A stretch of 64,000 nucleotides of DNA from Candidatus Latescibacterota bacterium (GCA_963707635.1 OY970173.1:896001-960000); one strand, 5' to 3'; positions 9,252-19,314 are shown, counted from the stretch's first letter. Translations and numbers: made by a program. Notes: generated from the letters alone by a model not told the origin.

Positions 9252-10052
9252 ATGAAGCGAGTTTGCGCGCGCCTGTGGGCGCTGGGGCTGGTGCTGCTGA
9301 TGCTGCCGATCGGCGCGGCGTACGGGCAGGCCGCCCTTCCCAAGGAAAATCACTATAAGGTCTACAACACTACGACCATTCCCTTCTTCCGGCCGCTGAT
9401 CTTGAACGATCAGTTCGGCACCATGAACGCCACCGAACTCCGGTTGGAGAAGTTCGCGAATCCAACCGAGAAGGTTCATAACGGCATCGTCTATCCCATG
9501 GACGACCCTCTCGCGCACCAGACCTGGTGGCGGCTTGTCAGTCCGGTGACCCAGCCGTTGCGGACGGTGATCGGGATCGACCAGTTCGGTTACGGGCCAT
9601 TGACGCTGGGCAATGCGGTGTACCTCCTGAACCCGGCGCTGAAGAACCCGGGTCCGGGTGGGGGCACGCCGCCGCTCCGCAACCACTACCTGTGCTACGA
9701 AGTGCTGGGGAGCCTGCCGATGTACCAGCCGGTCATCCTCACCGATCAATTCGGGTCGAGCGACGTGGTGGTCGTGAGGATGAAACTGTTCTGCAATCCG
9801 GTCGAGAAGCAGGAGGTCCTGCCCGATGGGACCATCAAGATCTCTCCGATTCTCGACTATCGTGCGCACCTGAGTTGCTACCAGGTCCAGAACCCGCAGC
9901 CGAACTTCCATCCGATCTACTTCGTCGATCAGTTCGGTTACTGGCAAAACGAGACCTATGACAACGACTGCCTGTGCGTGCCGGCGCTGAAGGAGCATAT
10001 CGTCAGCACCGAGAAGACCACGTGGGGGCAGATCAAGGCGTTGTACCGCTAG
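9252..10052 (+). CDS. Secreted DQFG repeat protein, paralog 2, C-terminal TWGQIKALYR
   Basis: Clear paralog of 8331-9113 with identical signal peptide. Confidence 0.85.
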   Translation: MKRVCARLWALGLVLLMLPIGAAYGQAALPKENHYKVYNTTTIPFFRPLILNDQFGTMNATELRLEKFANPTEKVHNGIVYPMDDPLAHQTWWRLVSPVTQPLRTVIGIDQFGYGPLTLGNAVYLLNPALKNPGPGGGTPPLRNHYLCYEVLGSLPMYQPVILTDQFGSSDVVVVRMKLFCNPVEKQEVLPDGTIKISPILDYRAHLSCYQVQNPQPNFHPIYFVDQFGYWQNETYDNDCLCVPALKEHIVSTEKTTWGQIKALYR

Positions 10053-10160
10053 AAGCGGTGGGTTGATCACGACGGTGTTCTCGCCTCGCGAGCGCGGCCA
10101 TGGGGCCGCGCCGGGGGGCGAGAGCAACCTCACTCGCCCGCGCCTCCCTTGACTGTCACG

Positions 10161-10189
10161 TTGACACCGTGGCGCCCGTGTGCTAGAGT
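10161..10189 (+). promoter_or_regulatory. Putative sigma70 promoter for paralog 3
   Basis: TTGACA-17-TAGAGT with TG extension. Confidence 0.55.
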
Positions 10190-10338
10190 CCATCCGCCTC
10201 GAACGGGACGCCGCCCCCTCCCGTAGATTCGCCCGGCGAATCGCCTTCCTGCGTCCCCGCATCGTTCCCGCGCGAAGCAGCGTAGTTCCAGAGCATTGCC
10301 ACGTTTTTGCAGGAGGTAGCTGCAAGGAGGTATTTGCT

Positions 10339-11130
10339 ATGAAGCGGTATTGCTTGCGTTTCTCGGCGCTGGGCCTGGTGCTGCTGTTGCTGCCGATCGG
10401 TGCGGCGTACGGGCAGGCCGCCCTCCCGTCGGAGAACCATTACAAGGTCTACAACATTTCGCCGACGTACCCGCTGACCAAGCCGCTCACGCTGGTCGAT
10501 CAGTTCGGCGTTGTGAGTGTCGATCACCTCTTCCTCGATCGTTTCGCAAATCCCGCCGAGAAGCGGATCCCCGAAACCGGTCAAGGGTTCCCAATCATTG
10601 ATCCGCTGGCGCACCAGAAGTGGTGGCGGATCGACGTTCCGCAGCCGGTCCGGGAGGTGATCGCCATCGATCAGTTCGGGTATGGTCCGGTGAAGCTCGG
10701 CAACGCAGTGTACCTGTTGACTCCGACGTTGAAAAACCCGCTGCCGCCGATCGGCCCGCTGCCGTACCGGAACCACTACCTGTGCTACGAGGTGCTCGGC
10801 AGCCTGCCGCTGTACAAGCACGTGGTGCTCGTCGATCAATTCGGTATTTCCACCAACGTGACTGTTCTGCAGCCGAAGCTGTTTTGTAATCCCGTGGAGA
10901 AGCATGCGGATGGGCAGACCTACCCGATCATGGACTATCGGGCCCACTTGCAGTGCTATCAGGTCGACAACCCGATTGTTGAGCCTCGTGGTGTGGTGGC
11001 GTACGACCAGTTCGGCTATCACCAGTTTTCGACGTACCAGAACGACTGCCTGTGCCTGCCGGCGCTCAAGGAGCACATCGTGGGCACGGAGCGCTCCACG
11101 TGGGGCCAGATCAAGGCGTTGTACAGATAG
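10339..11130 (+). CDS. Secreted DQFG repeat protein, paralog 3, C-terminal TWGQIKALYR
   Basis: Start MKRYCLRFSALG after AAGGAGG, by homology to paralogs 1 and 2. Confidence 0.85.
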   Translation: MKRYCLRFSALGLVLLLLPIGAAYGQAALPSENHYKVYNISPTYPLTKPLTLVDQFGVVSVDHLFLDRFANPAEKRIPETGQGFPIIDPLAHQKWWRIDVPQPVREVIAIDQFGYGPVKLGNAVYLLTPTLKNPLPPIGPLPYRNHYLCYEVLGSLPLYKHVVLVDQFGISTNVTVLQPKLFCNPVEKHADGQTYPIMDYRAHLQCYQVDNPIVEPRGVVAYDQFGYHQFSTYQNDCLCLPALKEHIVGTERSTWGQIKALYR

Positions 11131-11226
11131 AGCGGTAGTCAGTTAGCCTGCTCGACCAGGGCGTTCTCGCCTCGTGAGCGCGGCCATGGGTCCGCGCCGC
11201 GAGGCGGGAACAGCCTCCCGCATGGT

Positions 11227-11862
11227 TCAGTCGATTCCGATGGCTTTCACGATGGCGTGGTGCACGTCGTCGATGCTCCTCGTCCCGTCGATTCGAACCA
11301 CCCGGCCGAAGCTCGCCTCGTACACCGGCATCAATCGCTCGTAGTTGGCGGCAATCGTGTCCAGGTAGGCGCGCGTCTCGTACACGGATACGCCGCCGCG
11401 GCGGGCGGTCACGCGCGCGAGGCATTCCTCCACCGGGACGGCGAGGAACAGCGTCAGGTCCGGCCGCGCGCAGCCTTCATTCACCTCGATCACCCACTCG
11501 CCCGTGATCGACGGTTCGAGCGTCTGGTAGGCCATCGAGGAGAAGATGTAGCGGTCGCACACGACGTGGTCGCCCGCGGCGAGCCGTGTTTCGATGACGC
11601 GCGAGTGCGCCATCCGGTCCGCGGCGAAGAGGAGTCCCATGGTGCGCTCGCCGGGGTGGTAGGGGGTGCCATCGCCGCCGCGCTCCTGGCTCGTCAGCAG
11701 GCGACGGATGAATGCTCCCACCGGCTCCGAAGTGGGTTCATTGGTGAGGAAACTATGGCGTCCGCTCCGCGTAAGATGGGTCTGGAGCCTGGCGGCCTGG
11801 GTCGTGGTGCCCGCGCCGTCGAGGCCCTCCAGAACGATGAACCGTGCGTCGTGTTGGGGCAT
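11227..11862 (-). CDS. tmk: Thymidylate kinase
   Basis: FIVLEGLDGAGTTTQ, LLFAADR, VVCDRYIFSSMAYQ, PDLTLFL. Confidence 0.93.
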   Translation of the reverse strand: MPQHDARFIVLEGLDGAGTTTQAARLQTHLTRSGRHSFLTNEPTSEPVGAFIRRLLTSQERGGDGTPYHPGERTMGLLFAADRMAHSRVIETRLAAGDHVVCDRYIFSSMAYQTLEPSITGEWVIEVNEGCARPDLTLFLAVPVEECLARVTARRGGVSVYETRAYLDTIAANYERLMPVYEASFGRVVRIDGTRSIDDVHHAIVKAIGID

Positions 11863-12106
11863 GGTGCGCATCCCGCGGCAGCCGGCGGGCATTCGCCGAG
11901 TCTAGCAGGCGCGCCGAAAGTGGAAAAGGTCGGGTTGCCGCGCGGCGCCGATCCATATTATATTTCGGCGGCTTAGGGGGACGGACTCCCGCCCTGCGCC
12001 GGCCGATCGGCGCCCGTCCGCCACGCGCGAGGAATTGTGGAATGTATGTTGCAACTCAAGAAAAACAGGCCGGTTAGGCGTCGATCCGCCCAGGAGGCGT
12101 AATCCA

Positions 12107-13789
12107 GTGAAGCGCATCTCCCCACGTCATCTCATCATCGCGGTCTCCTTCCTCGCGTTGTGCCTCGTCGCTTTCGGCGCCTTCGGCCAGAGCAAAACCC
12201 GGGAAGAGAGGACGGACGTCTACCACGACCTCGAGATCTTCACCAAGATCCTCGAAAAGGTCTCGCAGAACTACGTCGACGAAGTCGACACCCACCTTCT
12301 CATGAAGAAGGCGATCGAGGGGATGCTCAGCGAGCTCGATCCCCACAGCCAGTACCTCGACGGTCTGGAATACGAAGACCTGATGGTCAGCACCAAAGGG
12401 GAGTTCGGCGGGCTCGGGATTCTGATTTCGTTCCGCGACAATTTCCCGACCGTGATGTCGCCCATCGACGACACGCCGGCGGCGCGCGCGGGCATCCGCG
12501 GCGGCGACCAGATCGTCGAGATCGAGGACCAGTCGACGGAGGGGTGGAACGTCGACAAGGCGGTGGGCCAGCTCCGCGGCGACCCGGGCACGAAGGTGCG
12601 CTTCAAGATCCGGCACGCCGGCGACGCGGAGTCGATCGAGTACGTGCTCACGCGCGAGGTGATCAACGTTGCCAGCGTTCCCTACTACGGAATGATGAGC
12701 GACGGCGTGGGGTACCTGCGTGTATCCAACTTCGCCAAGAAGACCGCGCAGGAAGTGGAAGAAGGACTGGCGGACCTCGAGAAGCAGGGCATGCGCGCGC
12801 TCGTGCTCGACTTCCGCTCGAATCCGGGCGGCCTGCTGCAATCCGCGATCGAGGTGTCGGAACTCTTCCTCGACAAGGACAAGCTGGTCGTCTACACGAA
12901 GGGGCGGCTGGCCAGCGCGAATCGGAAGTACTACTCCTCGAATCGGGCCACGCACAAGGGCTATCCGATCGTCGTCATGATCAACGGCAACAGCGCCAGT
13001 GCGTCCGAAATTTTCGCCGGTGCGATGCAGGACTGGGACGCGGCGTTCGTCGTGGGGCAGACGTCGTTCGGCAAGGGCACCGTGCAGACAGTGTTCAACC
13101 TCACCGACACCGAGGCGGTGAAGCTCACGACCGCGAAGTACTACACCCCCTCGGGGCGCAGCATCCACAAGGACGAGCGCGAGCGCCAGGCCGAGGAGGA
13201 TCTCATCGCCATGAACGACGGTGGCGGCGAGGATAACGCCGGGCTCACGCCCGACGCGCCCGAGCAGAAGCTCGACGCCGGCACGTCCGAGGTGAAGGAG
13301 CTGAAAGACGCGAAGGAGAAGCCGGTGTTCTACACGTCCAGCGGTCGCACCGTCTACGGCGGCGGCGGGATCACGCCGGATCTGGACTACATCCCGCGCG
13401 AATACACCGACCTCCAGCGCCGGCTCGAGCGCGACGGGCTGGGATTCTCCTTCGCCATCGACTGGCTCAAGTCGCACCCGATCACCGAGTCCTTCAAGGT
13501 GACGGACGCCATTCTCGCCGACTTCTATAAGTTCCTCGCGACCAAGAAGTTCGAGTACAAGAAGGAAGAGCTTACTCCCGACAACGTCGACTACATCCGC
13601 ACGATGATTGCGCGCGAAGCGGTGAACAACAAGTTCGGCCGCAAGGCGATGTACCGCGTGGTGCTCGACTCCGACCCGGAGATGCAGGAAACGCTCAAGA
13701 TCATCGAGAAGCACCCGACCCTCAAGGACATGTTCTCGTACTCGGACGACGAGAAGAACGTCAAGAAGGCCGCAGCCGCCAAGAAATAG
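12107..13789 (+). CDS. ctpA: Carboxyl-terminal processing protease, S41A family (PDZ)
   Basis: Signal peptide; LDPHS, GEFGGLGI, DFRSNPGG, SASASEI, SFGKG, AKYYTPSGRSI. Confidence 0.9.
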   Translation: MKRISPRHLIIAVSFLALCLVAFGAFGQSKTREERTDVYHDLEIFTKILEKVSQNYVDEVDTHLLMKKAIEGMLSELDPHSQYLDGLEYEDLMVSTKGEFGGLGILISFRDNFPTVMSPIDDTPAARAGIRGGDQIVEIEDQSTEGWNVDKAVGQLRGDPGTKVRFKIRHAGDAESIEYVLTREVINVASVPYYGMMSDGVGYLRVSNFAKKTAQEVEEGLADLEKQGMRALVLDFRSNPGGLLQSAIEVSELFLDKDKLVVYTKGRLASANRKYYSSNRATHKGYPIVVMINGNSASASEIFAGAMQDWDAAFVVGQTSFGKGTVQTVFNLTDTEAVKLTTAKYYTPSGRSIHKDERERQAEEDLIAMNDGGGEDNAGLTPDAPEQKLDAGTSEVKELKDAKEKPVFYTSSGRTVYGGGGITPDLDYIPREYTDLQRRLERDGLGFSFAIDWLKSHPITESFKVTDAILADFYKFLATKKFEYKKEELTPDNVDYIRTMIAREAVNNKFGRKAMYRVVLDSDPEMQETLKIIEKHPTLKDMFSYSDDEKNVKKAAAAKK

Positions 13790-13817
13790 CCCCGGCGCCG
13801 TTTCGCCCCGAGAGACG

Positions 13818-14492
13818 ATGAAGAAGATCGCCGTCCTATGCGATTTCGATGGCACGGTCGCCCAGGACGACGTGGGCAACCGGCTTTTCCGCACCTTCTC
13901 GCAGGGTGGTGCGACCGACGTGGTGGAGCGCTGGAGGCGCGGCGAGATTTCCTCGCGCGAGTGCCTCGAGAAGGAGGCCGAGCTGGCCCGGTGCTGTCCC
14001 GACGAGCTCAAGCGCTTCGTGCACACGCACCGGCTCGACCCCTACTTCAAGGATTTTCACGACTTCGCGCGGCAGCGCGGCATCGAGGTCGTCGTGTTGA
14101 GCGACGGCCTCGATTATTATATCGAGCAGCTCCTGATGCGCAACGGGCTGGGCGGGATCGAGTTCTTCGCGAACCGGCTCCACGTCGACGGCGGGACGCT
14201 GCGCGTCGAATTCCCGTGGTACAACCTGCTCGCGTGCACCGAATGCGGGTGCTGCAAAACCCACCACCTCTTCCGCTACCGGAACGAAGGCTACTACATC
14301 GTCTACGTGGGGGACGGTCTCTCCGATCGCTGCCCGTGCGAGAGCGCGGACCTCGTGTTCGCGAAGGGAAACCTGCTGGAGCACTGCCGCGCCCGGAAGA
14401 TCGCGCACGTCGAATTCCGCAACTTCCGCGATGTCGAACGCGAGGTGCTCAGACGCCTGCTGCTGAGCGGGGAGTTTCGTAGCCCGGCGTAG
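13818..14492 (+). CDS. MtnX-like HAD-IB phosphatase
   Basis: CDFDGT, LSDG, CGCCK, YVGDGLSDRC, FAK. Confidence 0.85.
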   Translation: MKKIAVLCDFDGTVAQDDVGNRLFRTFSQGGATDVVERWRRGEISSRECLEKEAELARCCPDELKRFVHTHRLDPYFKDFHDFARQRGIEVVVLSDGLDYYIEQLLMRNGLGGIEFFANRLHVDGGTLRVEFPWYNLLACTECGCCKTHHLFRYRNEGYYIVYVGDGLSDRCPCESADLVFAKGNLLEHCRARKIAHVEFRNFRDVEREVLRRLLLSGEFRSPA

Positions 14493-14502
14493 CGTCGCCG
14501 GG

Positions 14503-15024
14503 CTAGCGGGCTGGCCCCGACGCCGAGTCCGAGAAATCTTCGCGGTGCGCTTTCTTGTATTCCTCGAACCCCGCCCAGAACGCAGAGTCGTACTGCGTCG
14601 AGTCGAAGCCCAGCTTCACCATGCCCGCCTTTGGATTCAGCACCGGGTGGTCGACGGATCCCTCGTCGAGGTTATAGCGCGGTTCGTCTTTGTACGTGGA
14701 GTAGCCGACCTCGGCCATAAAGTGGACCAGGTTGGTCGCGGTGATGTGCCCGCGCTGGACGTGCGACTCGAGCTCCTTCGAGATCGCCGCCAGCGTCTCG
14801 GGCTTGACCTTGCCGAGGGCCGCACGGTCGTACAGCACATAGAACATCTTGCGGATCTCGATGATGTGGTTGTCGGAAAGGCTGTCGGGCAGGATGGCGA
14901 CGAACTGCTCGACCATCCGATCCTGTTTCGCCCGGGGAGACTGCTGGCGCTGGTAGACGAGGCCGACCGCCAGCCCGACCGCGGTGACGGCCAACAGCAC
15001 GATGGCAAGACGTCGTGGCTTCAT
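14503..15024 (-). CDS. Hypothetical protein with N-terminal membrane anchor
   Basis: MKPRRLAIVLLAVTAVGLAVGLVY...; protein-like composition. Confidence 0.65.
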   Translation of the reverse strand: MKPRRLAIVLLAVTAVGLAVGLVYQRQQSPRAKQDRMVEQFVAILPDSLSDNHIIEIRKMFYVLYDRAALGKVKPETLAAISKELESHVQRGHITATNLVHFMAEVGYSTYKDEPRYNLDEGSVDHPVLNPKAGMVKLGFDSTQYDSAFWAGFEEYKKAHREDFSDSASGPAR

Positions 15025-15083
15025 GGCGGTCAATATAGCGCCTGAGCGGATGGCGATCAATGCGGGCGTCGCGGCGCGCGCCT

Positions 15084-15995
15084 TCAGAGCGCCGGCGTCC
15101 CCCGCAAGTACGCGTCGAACCAGTCCACCGTCGCCTTCAGCGCGTTCTTCAGCGCTTCGCTTTCGATGCCCTCTTCGTACGCGTAGGTGTGGCCCGTCAA
15201 GAGGCGCAGGAGCTTCTTGTCGGCGCGAATCGTCGGGGTGTCGTAGAAACGGTAGGAGTCCGCGACCGGCACCGTCGGGTCGTGCTCGCCGTGGACGATC
15301 AGATGCGGAGTGGTGAGCTCGACCGCGCGGTCGCCCACCGCGTAGGCGTCGTGGTTGCCTTCGAGGTCGTCCAGCAGGGCGGCGCCCATCGCGAGCCGGG
15401 TCCCGGTGGCATAGTCGGTGAACGCGAGCTCGCCCTTTTCCCGCCAGATCTGCTTCTGTCGCTCGGTGTAGTGATCGGGGTGCGCCGACGCCGACCATGT
15501 AACCAGCGCGGCGATGGTCGGATCGGCCAGGGTGGCGAGTGTCGCCACGACCCCGCCGCGGCTGTGACCCCACACCCCGATGGCCGCGTCCTCGGCGATA
15601 CCGAGCGCCCGGCCGCCGCGCATGGGATCGCGCACCCATCCGATCACGGCCTCGAGGTCGGCCAGTTCGCGTGCGATGGTGTTCGCGCGGAACAGCTTGG
15701 GCGACGTGTAGCGGCCAGTGGCCGCCGCCGCGTCCGGGCCGATGGTGTGCGTCGTCCCGGCGTCGGCCGGGATGCGCCCGTTGTGTGAGAAGTCGATCGC
15801 CAGCGCGCCGAATCCGGTGGCGCACAGGCGCGCGGCGACGGCGGGAATGAAGCCCCAGCGCCGGTGTCCCTTGAAGCCATGGCACATTACGACCACGTGC
15901 GCCACCGCGCTCGCGTCGAGGAGCGTGGGGCGGTACCAGTCGGCGACGACGGGGTGCGCGTCGCCGGTGGGTATCGTGAGCAGGAAGGGATGCAT
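15084..15995 (-). CDS. Alpha/beta hydrolase (S9-like)
   Basis: CHGFKG, GHSRGG nucleophile elbow, HGEHDPTVP, GHTY. Confidence 0.85.
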   Translation of the reverse strand: MHPFLLTIPTGDAHPVVADWYRPTLLDASAVAHVVVMCHGFKGHRRWGFIPAVAARLCATGFGALAIDFSHNGRIPADAGTTHTIGPDAAAATGRYTSPKLFRANTIARELADLEAVIGWVRDPMRGGRALGIAEDAAIGVWGHSRGGVVATLATLADPTIAALVTWSASAHPDHYTERQKQIWREKGELAFTDYATGTRLAMGAALLDDLEGNHDAYAVGDRAVELTTPHLIVHGEHDPTVPVADSYRFYDTPTIRADKKLLRLLTGHTYAYEEGIESEALKNALKATVDWFDAYLRGTPAL

Positions 15996-16113
15996 GGAAT
16001 CGTGCGCTCGCACGCCAGCGTGCGATTGGGTTCGCGAGTGCAGCGCAACCATAGGCAATTCTCGTTGTCGTTGCAAGAGTTAGCCGTTGCGTCGCGCGTG
16101 CCTTCCCGGTATC

Positions 16114-17166
16114 ATGGGACGACTACGTATGGTGCTCTCCAGGCTAAAAGGACTCTCCAACGGTGCCCGCGTGATTCTCGCCCCGCTGTGCGGGGTGACG
16201 ACCGCGCCGTTTCGACGCATTTGCCTCGAGCACGGCGCGGACATGGTTGTGACCGAGATGATCAGCTCGGAAGCGTGGACCCGTGGCAAGGAGAAGGACT
16301 GCAAGGCGGCGAACGGGCTCGACCTGTCCAACGGCCCGCTGTCCCTCCAGGTCTTTGGCGGAGATCCGGTGCGCATGGGAGAAACCGCCGCCCGGTTGTC
16401 CGCCATGGAGCCGGAGTACATCGACATGAACTTCGGGTGCCCCGTGAAGAAAATCGTCAACGGCAACGGCGGCTCGGCCGTGCTCAAGGACGTCGAACTG
16501 CTCGGGGCCATTTGTCGTGAAGTGGTGCGGCGCAGCCAGGTGCCGGTCTCGGCGAAGATCCGCGCCGGCTGGGACCGGCCCACCGGCGAGAAGGTGCGCG
16601 AGCTCGCGCGGACCATCGAAGACGCGGGCGTATCGATGATCGCGATCCATGCGCGCACGCGCGCGCAGGGGTTTTCGGGTCAGGCGAACTGGGACTTGAT
16701 CGCCGAGACCCGGCGCGCGGTGTCGGTGCCGGTGGTCGGAAACGGCGACGTGCGCAGCGCCGAGGACGTGGCGCGCATGGAAGCCCATACCGGCTGCGAC
16801 GCCGTGATGATCGGCCGCGCCGCGATCGGCAACCCCTGGATCTTCGACGAGGTCAAGACGCGTCTGGACGGCCGCGATTACACTCCTCCGACCCCGCGCG
16901 AGCGCGTGGCGGTACTGCTTCGCCACGTGCGCGACGCAGCCGCGCTCGAAGGCGAACCGGGCGGGGTGGTCGCGACCCGCAAGGTCATGGCGGCCTACCT
17001 GAAGCGGGTTCCGAACGCGCGCCAGGTGCGCGGTCCGCTCATGCAGGCGAAATCCGTCACCGAGGTGGAAGACCTGCTGGGCGCCTATCTGGGACAGATC
17101 GGGGCTCTCGCCGACGTCCCGCACGCCGTCGAAGCGAGCCTCGAAGAATTCGCCAGCGAGTGCTAG
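16114..17166 (+). CDS. dusB: tRNA-dihydrouridine synthase DusB
   Basis: LAPLCG, DMNFGCP, HARTR, GNGDV, MIGRAAIGNPWIF; start uncertain. Confidence 0.9.
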   Translation: MGRLRMVLSRLKGLSNGARVILAPLCGVTTAPFRRICLEHGADMVVTEMISSEAWTRGKEKDCKAANGLDLSNGPLSLQVFGGDPVRMGETAARLSAMEPEYIDMNFGCPVKKIVNGNGGSAVLKDVELLGAICREVVRRSQVPVSAKIRAGWDRPTGEKVRELARTIEDAGVSMIAIHARTRAQGFSGQANWDLIAETRRAVSVPVVGNGDVRSAEDVARMEAHTGCDAVMIGRAAIGNPWIFDEVKTRLDGRDYTPPTPRERVAVLLRHVRDAAALEGEPGGVVATRKVMAAYLKRVPNARQVRGPLMQAKSVTEVEDLLGAYLGQIGALADVPHAVEASLEEFASEC

Positions 17167-17188
17167 TACCAGGGGCCTTTCAACCGCG

Positions 17189-17255
17189 AGCGGGTGGCGC
17201 CGGACCGGGGCCCCCGCGGCTTCTGCCGCGGGGTGGGACGGCGACAGGCCCCGCG
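17189..17255. repeat. 67-bp intergenic hairpin repeat, copy A
   Basis: Nearly identical to 24713-24779 (differs in the 4-nt loop and one base). Confidence 0.85.
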
Positions 17256-17273
17256 TTGTAGCCATTGCGACAC

Positions 17274-18062
17274 ATGGACGTAGAAAAACTCCGAGAATTG
17301 CTCGACGCCTTCAAGCACGGCCGCACCAGTGAGGCCGACGTGCTGGAGCGGCTGCGCACGCTCCCGTTCGAAGACTTCGGCTTCGCGAAGGTCGACCACC
17401 ACCGTTCGCTGCGGCGCGGGTTCCCGGAGGTGGTCTACGGAGCCGGCAAGACCGTCCCCCAGATTCTTTCCATCGCGGAGTCCATCGTCGATCAGGGAAC
17501 CAACCTGCTGGTGACACGGTGCGCGCCGGAAGCGGGCAGCGCGCTCTCGCGGCGCTTTCCTTCCGGCACCTGGCACGAATCGGCGCGCGTGTTCTTCATC
17601 GAGAACTCGTCGCGCCCCAGGCACGGCTACGTGCTGGTGATCACGGCCGGGACGACCGACATTCCCGTCGCGGAAGAGGCAGCCATCACCGCGCAGCTCC
17701 TGAACTGCAACGTCGATCGTATTTACGACGTGGGCGTGGCCGGTATCCACCGGCTGATGGCGTACCAGTCGATGATCGACGAGGCGGACGTGCTGGTGGT
17801 CGCGGCCGGGATGGAGGGCGCGCTCGCGAGTGTGGTGGCGGGGATGTCGAAGGCGCCGGTTATCGCGCTCCCCACCAGCGTGGGGTACGGTGCCAGCTTC
17901 GGCGGGCTGGCAGCACTCCTCTCCATGATGACCAGCTGCGCGGCCGGGGTCACGGTGGTCAACATCGACAACGGATTTGGCGCCGGGTGCGCGGCGGCCA
18001 CCATCGTCGCACGCTCGCGCGCGCTGGCGGAGCAGCACGTGCGCGCGAAGGAGCGCGGTTGA
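17274..18062 (+). CDS. larB: Nickel pincer cofactor biosynthesis protein LarB
   Basis: KVDHHR...GFPEV, AGTTDIPVAEEA, DVGVAGIHRL, AGMEGAL, PTSVGYG, VVNIDNGFGA. Confidence 0.93.
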   Translation: MDVEKLRELLDAFKHGRTSEADVLERLRTLPFEDFGFAKVDHHRSLRRGFPEVVYGAGKTVPQILSIAESIVDQGTNLLVTRCAPEAGSALSRRFPSGTWHESARVFFIENSSRPRHGYVLVITAGTTDIPVAEEAAITAQLLNCNVDRIYDVGVAGIHRLMAYQSMIDEADVLVVAAGMEGALASVVAGMSKAPVIALPTSVGYGASFGGLAALLSMMTSCAAGVTVVNIDNGFGAGCAAATIVARSRALAEQHVRAKERG

Positions 18063-19234
18063 AGACCTGCCTGGTGGTCGACGCGTTCTCGGGAGCCGCG
18101 GGCGACATGCTGCTGGGCGCCCTGATCGACGCCGGCGCGTCGATCGACCTCCTGCGCGAGCGCGTGCTGTCGATTCCGGCGCTCGCGAAGGTGCGCATCG
18201 ATGCGGAAACCGTGCGCCGGGGCGCGTTCGCCGCCACGCGGCTCGTCGTCCACCTCCCGCACGAGCACGCGCACCGGGGTCTTGCCGACCTGGTGGCGAT
18301 CATCGACTCCGCCCCGTCCCTGACCGATCGCATGAAGTCGCGCGCGAAAGAAGCGTTCGCGCGCCTGGCCATGGCCGAGGCGAAGGTGCATGGGACGTCG
18401 GTCGAGCAGGTGCACTTCCACGAGGTCGGCGCGCTGGACGGAATCGTCGACGTGGTCGGTTTCTTCGCGTGCGCCGAACTGCTCGGGGTGGAGGAGTTCC
18501 GCTACACCAACCTCGTGCTCGGCTCCGGCGGGGTGATTCACGGCGCGCACGGCGAGATGCCCGTCCCCGCTCCCGCGACCCTCGAACTCCTGAGCGGCCA
18601 CCCGGTCGCCTATTCCACCCGCGCCGAGGAACTGATGACGCCCACCGCCGCAGCCATCATCGCCTCCGCGTTCACGCCGCTCGCCGGCGACGCGCGCGTC
18701 GTCCAGGGGCGGGTCGGCTACGGCGCCGGCACGCGCGACGCAGGGGGAATGCCGAACGTGGTGCGCGTGTGGCTCGGCCAGCTCGTGGCCGGTACGGCGC
18801 GCGAGGTCGCGATCATCCGCTGCACCATCGACAACATGAACCCCGAGCTCTACGGCAACGTCATGCAGCGCGCCTTCGAGACCGGGGCGCTCGAGGTCTA
18901 CTACACGCCGGTCTTCATGAAGAAGAACCGTCCCGGCGTCGAGATCACCGTGATCGCCGAGACGCTCGACGTCGAGCGGGTGAGCCACCTGCTGCTCACG
19001 CACACGACGACGCTGGGGCTGCGCGTGTCGCGCGAGGGCCGCGTCGAGCTGGAACGGCGCGTCGAGACCATCGACACGCCGCTCGGTCCCGCGCGCGTCA
19101 AAGTCGCCACGCTCCCCGACGGCACCGCGCGGGTGAATCCGGAGTACGAATCGTGCCGCGAGATCGCGGAGAAGACCGGCCGCCCCATGCTCGACGTGTT
19201 CGAGGCGGTCCGCCGCGCGTGGCCCGGGCGCTGA
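18059..19234 (+). CDS. larC: Nickel pincer cofactor biosynthesis protein LarC
   Basis: TTG start overlapping larB stop; SGAAGDM, HEHAHR, VHFHEVGALD, PVPAPAT, MKKNRPG, TTTLG, PEYE. Confidence 0.92.
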   Translation: MKTCLVVDAFSGAAGDMLLGALIDAGASIDLLRERVLSIPALAKVRIDAETVRRGAFAATRLVVHLPHEHAHRGLADLVAIIDSAPSLTDRMKSRAKEAFARLAMAEAKVHGTSVEQVHFHEVGALDGIVDVVGFFACAELLGVEEFRYTNLVLGSGGVIHGAHGEMPVPAPATLELLSGHPVAYSTRAEELMTPTAAAIIASAFTPLAGDARVVQGRVGYGAGTRDAGGMPNVVRVWLGQLVAGTAREVAIIRCTIDNMNPELYGNVMQRAFETGALEVYYTPVFMKKNRPGVEITVIAETLDVERVSHLLLTHTTTLGLRVSREGRVELERRVETIDTPLGPARVKVATLPDGTARVNPEYESCREIAEKTGRPMLDVFEAVRRAWPGR

Positions 19235-19314
19235 CCGGGGTGCGAGGTGAGTGGCAGGGCGGGCGATCCAAAACGCTGTACAGCAGGGCGATATATCGCT
19301 CGCAACAATCCTCG

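Noticed and set aside
8331..11210. Integron cassette array or DGR target/template set
   Set aside because: No integrase or reverse transcriptase in the window; differences between copies are not adenine-specific; two of the genes have their own promoters
12107..13789. S41 protease as the dedicated processor of the WGxxKALY tag
   Set aside because: Only proximity supports it; it is an ordinary CtpA separated from the paralogs by tmk
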